Shown piece by piece: positions 35,827 to 44,988 of a stretch of DNA of 64,000 nucleotides. Where the stretch lies: contig CAXXLV010000002.1 of assembly GCA_963664305.2 (NCBI GenBank), forward strand, positions 1,088,001 through 1,152,000, written 5' to 3'. Position numbers and translations under genes: made by a program. Below the pieces are notes generated by a model. It had not been told where the DNA came from. It was given only the letters and a program-made list of their open reading frames with translations, and ran no database searches. Within the stretch, counting starts at the first letter, position 1, and the number at the start of each line of letters is the position of its first letter. Origin of the DNA: an uncultured Aliarcobacter sp. (GTDB lineage Bacteria > Campylobacterota > Campylobacteria > Campylobacterales > Arcobacteraceae).

Positions 35827-37431
35827 TTAATCCTCAACATCTCTTCCCTTTTGTGGGAAAAGCCCTCTTGGTTTTTTCTGAATAAATAGTATTATGAATA
35901 CTAAAATAATAACTTTTGCTAAAACTGCCCCAGCAACTGGTTCGATAAATTTATTTATTTCTCCTAGTGAAAATGCTGCTATTAAAGTTCCCCATAAATT
36001 TCCAACTCCACCAAACACAACTACCATAAAACTATCTACGATATATGCTTGTCCAAGATTTGGTCCAACATTTGTTAGTTGAGATAAAGCAACTCCTGCA
36101 ACTCCTGCAATTCCAGAACCAATTCCAAATGTTATTGCATCAATGTAACTTGATTTTATTCCCATTGCACGGGCAATTGGTCTATTTTGAGAAACAGCTC
36201 TAACTTTTAATCCTAAACTTGTTTTTTTCATCACATATAAAATTGCTAAAAATACTATGATTGAAAAAATCACTATATAAAGTCTATTATATGTAAGTGA
36301 TAAAGCACTATTTATTTCCCATGCCCCACTCATCCATGATGGAGTTTTTACCTCTTGGTTAAGTGGTGAAAATATTGTTCTAACTACTTGTTGTAAAATC
36401 AAACTTATCCCAAAAGTTGCAAGTAATGTTTCAAGTGGTCTTCCATATAAATGTCTAATAACTAATCTTTCAATTAAAATTCCAACTAATGCACTTACAA
36501 TAAATGCACAAGGAATTGCTATGATAATTGAATATTCGATTAGATTTGGCATTAATTGTTGAATTGTATATGTTGTGTATGCTCCAATCATGATTAGTTC
36601 ACCATGAGCCATATTTATAACTTTCATAACTCCAAAAGTAATAGCAAGACCAATTGCGGCTAAAAGTAAAACTGAACCTTGAGAAAGTCCAAAAAACGCA
36701 GTTTCGATAAACGAATAAAAACTTCTAGAACTCTCTATTGAAGATATTGATTTTGAAGCTGCTTTTTTTAATTCTTCATTTGAATTGTTTGATTCTAAAA
36801 TCTCTTTTAAAGTTGCTAATGAACTAGAAGAGATATAATCACTTAATTTCTCAATTGCATTTAATTGCACTTCATCTGTATAATATTTTGCTTGAATTAT
36901 ATATTTTGCTTCTAATAAAAGCTCTTTTATATCTTCATCACTCTCTTTATCTAAAGCTTTTAAGATAACAGTTTCATCATCTTTAGTAACATTTTGTAAA
37001 ATATTTTTAGCTGATGTTTCTCTTTTATTTATATCTTTAGAGAAAAGATTTATTTGAGCAAGTAAGCTTTTTATAACACTTCTTAATTTATTGTTAGTTT
37101 TAACTTTTTCAAATCCTGATTCATCAAGTTTTTCTAAATCATTTCCACTAATCAAAGATTTAGTGTATAAACTATTTTCTTCCTTTTTAACTAATACAAC
37201 AACATCTTTATCATCATTTTTGATGAATAAATCTCCATCAAGCATTTTAGATAAAAGTAAAGTTAATCTATCATCTTCTATATAATTATTTGCAAGTTGA
37301 GTTACAATATTTTCTTTTTCATTAAAATTTTTGCCGTCTATTGCTTTTAAATCTTCTTCAAATGTTGAAGAAAAAAGAGATGATAGGAATAATAAATTAA
37401 GAAAAATTATTTTAAAAATTGAAAATTTCAT
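35827..37431 (-). CDS. urtB: urea ABC transporter permease with long periplasmic N-terminal domain
   Basis: GLAITFG..VINMAHGE, LYGRPLETLLATFG. Confidence 0.94.
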   Translation of the reverse strand: MKFSIFKIIFLNLLFLSSLFSSTFEEDLKAIDGKNFNEKENIVTQLANNYIEDDRLTLLLSKMLDGDLFIKNDDKDVVVLVKKEENSLYTKSLISGNDLEKLDESGFEKVKTNNKLRSVIKSLLAQINLFSKDINKRETSAKNILQNVTKDDETVILKALDKESDEDIKELLLEAKYIIQAKYYTDEVQLNAIEKLSDYISSSSLATLKEILESNNSNEELKKAASKSISSIESSRSFYSFIETAFFGLSQGSVLLLAAIGLAITFGVMKVINMAHGELIMIGAYTTYTIQQLMPNLIEYSIIIAIPCAFIVSALVGILIERLVIRHLYGRPLETLLATFGISLILQQVVRTIFSPLNQEVKTPSWMSGAWEINSALSLTYNRLYIVIFSIIVFLAILYVMKKTSLGLKVRAVSQNRPIARAMGIKSSYIDAITFGIGSGIAGVAGVALSQLTNVGPNLGQAYIVDSFMVVVFGGVGNLWGTLIAAFSLGEINKFIEPVAGAVLAKVIILVFIILFIQKKPRGLFPQKGRDVED

Positions 37432-37453
37432 TTTTTAGTCCTATGTAGATTTA

Positions 37454-37479
37454 ATAAAGAAGAGAAAACTCTTCTTTAT
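37454..37479. terminator. intercistronic hairpin after urtA
   Basis: ATAAAGAAGAG-AAAA-CTCTTCTTTAT. Confidence 0.65.
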
Positions 37480-37486
37480 ATTTTTA

Positions 37487-38761
37487 TTAGTAGTTTTGTC
37501 CTGAACATTTTTTTGTTACAGTATTATAGTTACCACAATTAATTGGAGCTGTCCAATCAGAGATTACATCTTTTGATGATGGTAAGAAATCAGACCAAGC
37601 GTCACCTGCTACTTCTTTTGTAGAGAATACAGTTTCAAATTGACCATCTTCTTGAATTTCACCAATTAAAACTGGTTTTGTAATATGGTGATTTTTTAAC
37701 ATAGTTGCTGTTCCACCAGTTAAGTTTGGAACAGATAATCCAACGATTGCTTCATTTACTTTATCAACATTTGTAGTTCCTGCTTTTTCAACAGCTTTTA
37801 CCCAAAGATTAAATCCAATATATGTAGCTTCCATTGGGTCATTTGTAACTCTTTTTTCATCTTTGATGAATTTTTTCCAAGTTGCAATAAATTTGTCATT
37901 TTCTGGAGTTTTCACGCTTTCAAAATAGTTCCAAGCAGCTAAATGTCCAACTAGAGGTTTTGTATCAATTCCTGAAAGTTCTTCTTCACCAACAGAAAAT
38001 GCAACAACTGGAATATCTTCAGATTTAATACCTTGATTTCCTAACTCTTTATAAAATGGAACATTTGCATCGCCATTGATAGTTGAAACAACAGCCGTTT
38101 TAACACCAGTTGAACCAAATTTTTTGATATCACTTACAATTGATTGCCAATCTGAATGTCCAAATGGCGTATAGTTAATCATAATATCTTCTTTTTTAAC
38201 ACCTTTAGAGATTAAATATGCTTCTAAGATTTTGTTTGTAGTTCTAGGATATACATAGTCAGTTCCTGCTAGTACAAATCTTTTTACTCCCATATCTTTC
38301 ATAAGATAATCAACTGCTGGAATTGCTTGTTGGTTTGGCGCAGCACCTGTATAGAATACATTTTTAGAAGACTCTTCACCTTCATATTGAACTGGATAGA
38401 ATAATAATCCATTTAACTCTTCAACAACAGGAAGAACAGATTTTCTTGAAACTGATGTCCAACAACCAAAAGTTACATCAACTTTATCTTTTGTTAAAAG
38501 TCCTCTCATTTTTTCAGCAAAAAGTGGCCAATTTGAAGCTGGGTCAACAACAACTGGTTCTAGTTTTTTACCTAAAACTCCACCTTTTTTGTTTTGCTCT
38601 TCAATTAACATTAAAACTGTATCTTTTAGTGTTGTTTCACTAATTGCCATAGTTCCTGAAAGAGAGTGTAAAACTCCAACTTTGATAGTATCAGCAGCGT
38701 GAACTAACATTCCACCTAATAATGCTGATGTAACGATTGCTTTTGCAAATATTTTTCTCAT
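37487..38761 (-). CDS. urtA: urea ABC transporter substrate-binding protein
   Basis: HSLSGTMAISE, WTSVSRK, YPVQYEG, GAAPNQQ, DYVYPR; signal peptide. Confidence 0.96.
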   Translation of the reverse strand: MRKIFAKAIVTSALLGGMLVHAADTIKVGVLHSLSGTMAISETTLKDTVLMLIEEQNKKGGVLGKKLEPVVVDPASNWPLFAEKMRGLLTKDKVDVTFGCWTSVSRKSVLPVVEELNGLLFYPVQYEGEESSKNVFYTGAAPNQQAIPAVDYLMKDMGVKRFVLAGTDYVYPRTTNKILEAYLISKGVKKEDIMINYTPFGHSDWQSIVSDIKKFGSTGVKTAVVSTINGDANVPFYKELGNQGIKSEDIPVVAFSVGEEELSGIDTKPLVGHLAAWNYFESVKTPENDKFIATWKKFIKDEKRVTNDPMEATYIGFNLWVKAVEKAGTTNVDKVNEAIVGLSVPNLTGGTATMLKNHHITKPVLIGEIQEDGQFETVFSTKEVAGDAWSDFLPSSKDVISDWTAPINCGNYNTVTKKCSGQNY

Positions 38762-38806
38762 CACAAGTCTCCTTTTTTTATTTCTAAACGAAGTATAAAA
38801 AAGAAG

Positions 38807-38827
38807 TGTTGTTTTAGTGTTGTTTTT
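38807..38827 (-). repeat. 21-bp repeat, copy 2, over the -35 region of the urtA promoter
   Basis: Minus strand reads AAAAACAACACTAAAACAACA-9bp-TATACT. Confidence 0.9.
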
Positions 38828-38953
38828 GGTGTGAGTTGGGAATGGTTGGTGTATAGAATTTAGACAAAGGGCATTTTTATAATTTTCTCTTACTAGATTG
38901 ATTTTATTACTTTTAATATATAATTTAAAATAATTAAATATTAGGAATAAAAA

Positions 38954-39451
38954 ATGGAATCAGCTTTATGGGGATTTTTAGGAACACTTGTTGGGGTAGT
39001 TAGTAGTGTAAGTACAACATATTTAACTAACAAAAAATCTATTGATTTACAAAAAGATGCTGATTTATTAAAGCGGAATGAACTTTTAAGAGCATTTCAA
39101 AGAGAAACTCTTTTAAATCTTCAGGATACACTTTATGAAACGATGCGTTTAATTGGACAAATACATCTGGAAGATACTCATAATTATAAAAAAACTGGAA
39201 TTTGGGGGAAATCAAAATTTAGTGAAGACATTAATGAAAATTTTATGCTTTCAATGAGAAAAATAAGTATATTGAAAGAACGTATATCAAATAATCAATT
39301 ACGACTAAATCTTGACGACTTACATCAAAATTTAAACAAACCTTTCTTCGCAAAATCAGAAGAAGAATCTTTTATATTGTTCCAAAATATTCTCGATAAG
39401 TTTCAATCTTTTATGAAAGAATTAGGTCTTATTCTAAGAGAAAATTATTAA
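38954..39451 (+). CDS. hypothetical protein with N-terminal TM anchor
   Basis: SD AGGA; LWGFLGTLVGVVSS hydrophobic start; helical remainder. Confidence 0.7.
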   Translation: MESALWGFLGTLVGVVSSVSTTYLTNKKSIDLQKDADLLKRNELLRAFQRETLLNLQDTLYETMRLIGQIHLEDTHNYKKTGIWGKSKFSEDINENFMLSMRKISILKERISNNQLRLNLDDLHQNLNKPFFAKSEEESFILFQNILDKFQSFMKELGLILRENY

Positions 39452-39521
39452 CTATTTTCATTTTTTGGTTACTCAAAATGAGTATGAATCTTTAAGGTCA
39501 CAATTTGTGACCTTAAAACAA
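39450..39521 (+). pseudogene. ORF6N-domain gene remnant with a 27-bp palindrome
   Basis: Frame reads NYFHFLVTQNEYESLRSQFVTLKQ, resembling the ORF6N F.FQLT..E...LRSQFVT motif; no start codon or SD. Confidence 0.55.
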
Positions 39522-39591
39522 ATAATTTTAAATTTAACCTCAAAAAAGACAATCTTAAAAAAGTATGGTAAAATATGGTAAAGGAGTTATT

Positions 39592-39834
39592 ATGACTAGA
39601 AAAATGACTATAACTTTAGAAGATGAGATTCTTACAAATCTTGATGAATTTGCCCTAAAAAATGGGAAAAAGAAAACTCAAATCATAAGAGAAGCTTTAA
39701 CAAACTACTTAAATATCTCTTCAAAAGATGATAAAAAAAAGCAGTGGGAAGATGAAAATAAAGAGGCTATAAACTCTTATAACAAAATGGTTGATGAAGA
39801 TGGACTAATACTAAAACATAGTAGGATGTTTTGA
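39592..39834 (+). CDS. ccdA: CcdA-family antitoxin (RHH domain + CcdA C-terminus)
   Basis: KMTITL...IIREAL RHH; WEDENKEAINSYN...RMF; ATG 39592 behind AAGGAG. Confidence 0.88.
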   Translation: MTRKMTITLEDEILTNLDEFALKNGKKKTQIIREALTNYLNISSKDDKKKQWEDENKEAINSYNKMVDEDGLILKHSRMF

Positions 39835-40139
39835 TGGCTCAATTTGATGTTTATAAAAATGAAAATGAACTAACAAATCAAAAAGTGCCATATCTTTTAG
39901 ATATCCAAAATGATATTTTAGACTCTATAAACACAAGAGTTGTAATACCTCTTGTAAGAGATAAAAATGATTTTAAAGGTTTAACAAAAGAGTTTATTAT
40001 AGAAAATAAAAAAGTTTATTTGACAACTTCTCAAATGGGTGCTGTTCATAAAAATGAACTAAAAACAAAAATTACAACTTTGATAAATCAAAAAGAAGAG
40101 ATAAAAAACTCAATTGATTTTTTGATTTATGGATTTTAA
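39834..40139 (+). CDS. ccdB: CcdB-family toxin (gyrase poison)
   Basis: MAQFDVYKN, PYLLDIQ, TRVVIPL, IDFLIYGF; TGATG coupling to ccdA. Confidence 0.9.
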   Translation: MAQFDVYKNENELTNQKVPYLLDIQNDILDSINTRVVIPLVRDKNDFKGLTKEFIIENKKVYLTTSQMGAVHKNELKTKITTLINQKEEIKNSIDFLIYGF

Positions 40140-40151
40140 AAAGGAAAACAA

Positions 40152-40565
40152 ATGATAAAAACGCCATTTCTAGCAGTTGATGGAATAATAAAGCTTTATG
40201 ATGAAAATGAAAATTTTCAAGGAATTGTTTTGATTGAAAGATTAAATAAACCTCTAGGAGTTGCCATTCCTGGTGGATTTGTGGATATTGGAGAAACTGT
40301 TGAAAATGCAGTTGTTCGAGAGATGAAAGAGGAAACTTCTTTGGATATAACAATTGAATCGCTTCTTGGAGTTTATTCAGACCCAAAAAGAGATGAAAGA
40401 TTTCATACAGCTTCTGTTGTTTATGTTTGTAAAGCTTATGGAAAACCTATTGCACAAGATGATGCAAAAGAGGTTTATGTTTATAAATTAGATGAAATTC
40501 CACTTGATAAATTGGTTTTTGACCATAAAAAAATCATTTTGGATTTTTTAGAAACTGATTTATAA
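40152..40565 (+). CDS. Nudix hydrolase (ADP-ribose pyrophosphatase-like)
   Basis: GGFVDIGETVENAVVREMKEETSL Nudix box; YSDPKRD; FDH. Confidence 0.93.
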   Translation: MIKTPFLAVDGIIKLYDENENFQGIVLIERLNKPLGVAIPGGFVDIGETVENAVVREMKEETSLDITIESLLGVYSDPKRDERFHTASVVYVCKAYGKPIAQDDAKEVYVYKLDEIPLDKLVFDHKKIILDFLETDL

Positions 40566-40648
40566 ATCAAAAAAGAGTCTTTTATGAGTAATTTTACTGA
40601 TATTATTTATTAAATAATAATTATTTAATATTAAAATCAGGATAATTT

Positions 40649-41110
40649 ATGGCAACAGAAAAAAAAAGAATTATATACGTGGATGCAGGAGAAAATGGAA
40701 ATAAAGAGTTCCAAATTGCATTATATGACCCAGAAATTAATTTAACTTCTGTAATCAAACTAATAAATATAACAAACAATCATATTGCAGAAAAATATGC
40801 TGTTTTAAATGCAATAACTTATATTAAATCTAAAGCTCTTAAAAAAACAGTAATATTATCTGATAATGAGCAAGTTGTAAGAGATTCGCATATTGTAAAA
40901 TTATGTGAAAGATATAAAATAAAAATTTCATGGATTCCAAGAGAGATAAATATAATAGCTGATAAAGTTGCAAAACTTCAACCTACAAAAAAAGATGATA
41001 TGTTTTATACTTTAGAATTTATACATGATTTAATTTATCCACATAAAGTGGAAAATCCACAAGCTAATAAAGAAAAAAAGGGAACTACTTCTAATGAAGC
41101 TAAAAAATAA
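40649..41110 (+). CDS. RNase HI-like protein
   Basis: YVDAG, NNHIAE, LSDN, WIPREINIIAD give the D-E-D-D acidic tetrad. Confidence 0.75.
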   Translation: MATEKKRIIYVDAGENGNKEFQIALYDPEINLTSVIKLINITNNHIAEKYAVLNAITYIKSKALKKTVILSDNEQVVRDSHIVKLCERYKIKISWIPREINIIADKVAKLQPTKKDDMFYTLEFIHDLIYPHKVENPQANKEKKGTTSNEAKK

Positions 41111-41136
41111 AAGACTTTAATAAAAGTCTTTTATTT
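41105..41136. terminator. hairpin between convergent genes
   Basis: AAATAAAAGACTTT-AATA-AAAGTCTTTTATTT. Confidence 0.6.
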
Positions 41137-41529
41137 ACACTTCTCATATAAATCTTTCAACTCTAAATTCAAAGCATTTGAAGAGATATAAACTTCCCAT
41201 AAAGATATACACAAAGAAACACACATAGTAATCAAACTCAATCCAAATATTTCTTTTCCAAAATTATGAAATCCTAAAAATAAAGAGAACATTGAAATAG
41301 TACACATAAGCATTGATACTACTCCAAAAAATTGCATCCATTTTGTAAGTTCAAGTCTTTTTTTAAGATTTTCTATTTGTCCAGCCAATTCTTGTCCACC
41401 GTGTTCTCTTGCTTGATGAGAGATTGAACGAATTAATTGTCCTGTTGTTAAAAATCTATTTGTATATGCTAAAAGAAGTAATGAAATAGCTGGGAATAAT
41501 AAAGCAGGTGTTGAAATTTCTATTTCCAT
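41131..41529 (-). CDS. DUF2721 family membrane protein
   Basis: TPALLFPAISLLLLAYTNRF signature. Confidence 0.85.
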   Translation of the reverse strand: MEIEISTPALLFPAISLLLLAYTNRFLTTGQLIRSISHQAREHGGQELAGQIENLKKRLELTKWMQFFGVVSMLMCTISMFSLFLGFHNFGKEIFGLSLITMCVSLCISLWEVYISSNALNLELKDLYEKCK

Positions 41530-41584
41530 TATAAATAACCTTTTGTATTTTTGTGTATTGTAACAAAAAGATAAAAAAAGGAAA

Positions 41585-43861
41585 TTAAACTAGATTTACC
41601 AACTCTTGATACTTAAATTCATCAACTAAATTTTTGATATAAATTTTTAAATCATTTGATAATTCATACTCTTTAAGTAGTTCAAAAATTCCATCATTAT
41701 CCATTAGAAGTGCTTTTTCTTTTAATTTTTCTGCAAACTCTTTTGGTAAAATTTCTAACTCTTTTTTCACATCGATTCTTTTTTCTTTATTTTCATACTC
41801 TAATTCTATATACAAATATTTTTCTAAAATCAATAAAATCTCTGTTTCTTCCACAGGTTTTGCTAAAAAGTCATTTGCTCCATTTTTTAAAGCTTCCTTT
41901 TTATCTTCTTCAAAAACATTGGCTGAAAGTGCAATGATTGGAATATCCTTACCATTTTTTGAAACTCTGATATTTTGCATAGTTTCTAAACCATCCATTC
42001 CTTCCATCAAAATATCCATAAAAATCAAATCTAGTTTTTGACTTCCAAAAACATCTAAAGCTTCTTTCCCACTTGTAGCTTCTAAAGTTTTAAAACCATA
42101 AGAGTTTAAAAGTAAAGTTATCAAATCTCTATTTTCTTTTATATCATCTACAACTAAAATAGTTTTAGTGAAATTTTCATTTTTAATTCCAACTATGTTT
42201 TTTGTATTATTCTCTTTTGAAAGTTCTTCTTCATTTGCTTTTTCATAATTAATACTAAAATAAAATTCACTTCCAACTCCAACTTGACTTTTTAAATAGA
42301 TATTTCCACCCATCAAAGAAACTAACTCTTTTGTAATAGATAATCCTAATCCTGTACCTTGTTGTGTATAATTATCTTGTTTTACTTGTTCAAAAGGTTT
42401 AAAAACTTTTTCAAGATTTGATTTATCTATTCCAATTCCACTATCTTTTACTTCAAAAAATAGTTTTTTATTTAATTCATAAATATACAAAGAAATTTCA
42501 CCTTTATTTGTAAACTTCAAAGAATTTCCTAAAAGATTAATCAAAATTTGTCTTAATCTTTGTTCATCAGCTTTTATATTTTTTGGAAGATTTAAAGTCT
42601 CTATTTTAAATTTTAAGCCTTTATTTTCACATCTAAAAGCAAAAATATCTTCTATCTCTTTTATTAACTCAAATAAATTAAAATTTTTAAGACTTAACTC
42701 CATTTTTCCAGCTTCTATTTTTGATAATTCTAAAATCTCATTTATGATATTTAAAAGATGGTCAGCACTTCTTTTTATGATATTTAAGTTCTCTTTTTCA
42801 ACTGTAGTTGCATTCATTGATTTTTGTAAAATATTTGTAAAACCTAATATGGCATTTAGTGGAGTTCGAAGTTCATGACTCATACGCGCAAGAAAGATTG
42901 ATTTTGCTTTATTTGCTGTTGTTGCTTCTTGCATAGCTTGTTTTATTTGATGTTCACTTGTAAGAAGTTTTTGAGTATTTTCTTTAAAAATCTCAACAGC
43001 ACCTATCATATCCCCTACTTCATCATCAAATTTATTTTTATCTATTTCTACACTCATATCATTTTGTGAAAGTTTTAACATCACTCGTCTTAATAAATCA
43101 ATTGGATAAACAATTCTAAATAAAATTATAAAAAATGACATCAAAAAGAAAACTATTGAAAATAAAACTATCACATTTACATAAAACTCCAACTCTTTTA
43201 CTGTTGCTCTTGCTTCATCAACTTTTTGTTTTGTTCTATTTTCAAAAGCTCTATAAAATCTATCTAAAGGTTCCATAATCCTAATTTTTGCTTCATGATA
43301 CTCTTTTGAATGCATCAATTCTCTTGCAAGTGCAAAATCTGGTTCACCTTTTATTGTGTAATTTCCATCTTTATCTAAAAATTTACCTTTTATCGCATTC
43401 ATTGCTTTATGTTCAAGTTTTGTTAAATCATCTGATTCATTTTGAGAAGTAAAAAGCATATTTAGTTCTGATTCAGGGAAATTTGCATTTTTCATCAACT
43501 CTCGAAGAGGTATTTTTTCTCCATCTAGTTGTGGAGTACTTCCATCAATTGATAAAAAATCCCAAAAAATTCCATTGTATCTTTTAGGTCTTGGTAACTC
43601 TCCATTTCGTATAGCCAAAACTGTTTTATACTGCTCTTCATACATAGAATTTCCAGTTATTACATATGTTCGTGCCATTCTTGTCAAGTCATCACTACTT
43701 TGTCGTAACTCATCTGCTAAAATCAAAGATTTATATTGCATGTTATATGCATCTTCAAGATTTATAGTTGATTTTTGGTATTTATTTATCACAACTGCAA
43801 CACTTATAAAAGAGACTGTATTTAAAATAAACAGCAACATAAAAAGTTTTTTTAATTTCAA
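41585..43861 (-). CDS. hybrid sensor histidine kinase (periplasmic sensor, HAMP, HisKA, HATPase, REC)
   Basis: FLARMSHELRTPLN, NLLGNSLKFT, GTGLGLSI, FMDILM; start reassigned to TTG 43861 behind AGGA. Confidence 0.92.
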   Translation of the reverse strand: MKLKKLFMLLFILNTVSFISVAVVINKYQKSTINLEDAYNMQYKSLILADELRQSSDDLTRMARTYVITGNSMYEEQYKTVLAIRNGELPRPKRYNGIFWDFLSIDGSTPQLDGEKIPLRELMKNANFPESELNMLFTSQNESDDLTKLEHKAMNAIKGKFLDKDGNYTIKGEPDFALARELMHSKEYHEAKIRIMEPLDRFYRAFENRTKQKVDEARATVKELEFYVNVIVLFSIVFFLMSFFIILFRIVYPIDLLRRVMLKLSQNDMSVEIDKNKFDDEVGDMIGAVEIFKENTQKLLTSEHQIKQAMQEATTANKAKSIFLARMSHELRTPLNAILGFTNILQKSMNATTVEKENLNIIKRSADHLLNIINEILELSKIEAGKMELSLKNFNLFELIKEIEDIFAFRCENKGLKFKIETLNLPKNIKADEQRLRQILINLLGNSLKFTNKGEISLYIYELNKKLFFEVKDSGIGIDKSNLEKVFKPFEQVKQDNYTQQGTGLGLSITKELVSLMGGNIYLKSQVGVGSEFYFSINYEKANEEELSKENNTKNIVGIKNENFTKTILVVDDIKENRDLITLLLNSYGFKTLEATSGKEALDVFGSQKLDLIFMDILMEGMDGLETMQNIRVSKNGKDIPIIALSANVFEEDKKEALKNGANDFLAKPVEETEILLILEKYLYIELEYENKEKRIDVKKELEILPKEFAEKLKEKALLMDNDGIFELLKEYELSNDLKIYIKNLVDEFKYQELVNLV

Positions 43862-43926
43862 ACAAAATCCTAAAGAGTTTTTTCCTATAATCTTAACAAA
43901 TATGAATTTGTAAAAAGAATAACTAA

Positions 43927-44985
43927 ATGGATAAAAACTATACAATACTGATAATAGATGACAAATCAGAAAACTTACACTACTTAAATACTATTTTAAA
44001 AGAAGAAAATTTTTTAATACGAGCAACAACTGATGCAAACTTTGCTATAAACTCTTCAAGGTTAAATCCACCAGATTTAATACTTTTAGATATAAAAATG
44101 CCAAATATCAGTGGCTTTGAAGTTTGTAAAATATTAAAAGAAGACGAAGTTTTAAAAGAGATTCCTATTATATTTATAAGTGCTTTAGATGATACTCAAA
44201 GTAAAGTAAAAGCTCTAAATGAAGGTGGTGTTGATTATATAACTAAACCTTTTGAAAAAGAAGAAGTAATTGCTAGAGTTAAAACTCAACTTAAAATATT
44301 TGAAAGTAAAAATACTATTTCAAAACTACTTCAACAACAAGATTTTTTCCTAAAAAAAATAATCCATGAGATGAATACACCTTTAAGTATCATTGGTTTA
44401 AATATTGACAATTTAGAATCAACTTTAGGATATAAAGAACAATTTGAAGCTATAAAAGCTTCATCAAAATCTCTTTCTTCTATTTACAATGATTTATATT
44501 ACTTAACTAAAAAAGAAAAAAGAATTATTGAAGAAAAAAGTATAAATTTAGTGCGATTTTTATCTTCAAGAGTTGCTTTTTTTGATGAAATGGCGAATAT
44601 AAAAAATATTGATATAGCTTTGGATATTCATAAAGAATTTGATGTTTTTATGGATTCTTATGAACTTGAAAGGGTTATTGATAACACAATTTCAAATGCA
44701 ATTAAATACTCTTTTGAAGACTCAACAATAGAGATAACTTTAGATAAAGAAGATGAAAACTATATCCTTTCAATAAAAGATGAAGGAATAGGAATAACTG
44801 ATACAAAAGCCGTTTTTCAAGCCTACTATCAACAAAAAGATAAAAATATTGGTTTAGGATTAGGACTTAGTATTGTAAAAGAGATTTGTGACAAAAATGA
44901 AATAAAAATAGAACTAAGTTCACAAAAAAACAACACTGTTTTTAAATATATTTTTCCACAAAACAGAGTTATAAAAGGAGATTAA
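43927..44985 (+). CDS. cytoplasmic REC + histidine kinase hybrid
   Basis: N-terminal IIDD...LLDIKMP...KP; IIHEMNTP; NAIKY; GLGLGL. Confidence 0.9.
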   Translation: MDKNYTILIIDDKSENLHYLNTILKEENFLIRATTDANFAINSSRLNPPDLILLDIKMPNISGFEVCKILKEDEVLKEIPIIFISALDDTQSKVKALNEGGVDYITKPFEKEEVIARVKTQLKIFESKNTISKLLQQQDFFLKKIIHEMNTPLSIIGLNIDNLESTLGYKEQFEAIKASSKSLSSIYNDLYYLTKKEKRIIEEKSINLVRFLSSRVAFFDEMANIKNIDIALDIHKEFDVFMDSYELERVIDNTISNAIKYSFEDSTIEITLDKEDENYILSIKDEGIGITDTKAVFQAYYQQKDKNIGLGLGLSIVKEICDKNEIKIELSSQKNNTVFKYIFPQNRVIKGD

Positions 44986-44988
44986 TTT

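Noticed and set aside
33162..39520. Possible integron attC sites after the orphan genes at 32391 and 38954
   Set aside because: No convincing RYYYAAC...GTTRRRY pairing with extrahelical bases, and no integrase in the window
43862..43945. Apparent head-to-head overlap of the two kinase genes
   Set aside because: Artefact of the longest-ORF start; the SD-supported TTG at 43861 removes the overlap
44926..44937. Single AAAAACAACACT half-site upstream of the OmpR regulator gene
   Set aside because: One half-site inside a coding region in A-rich DNA; likely chance
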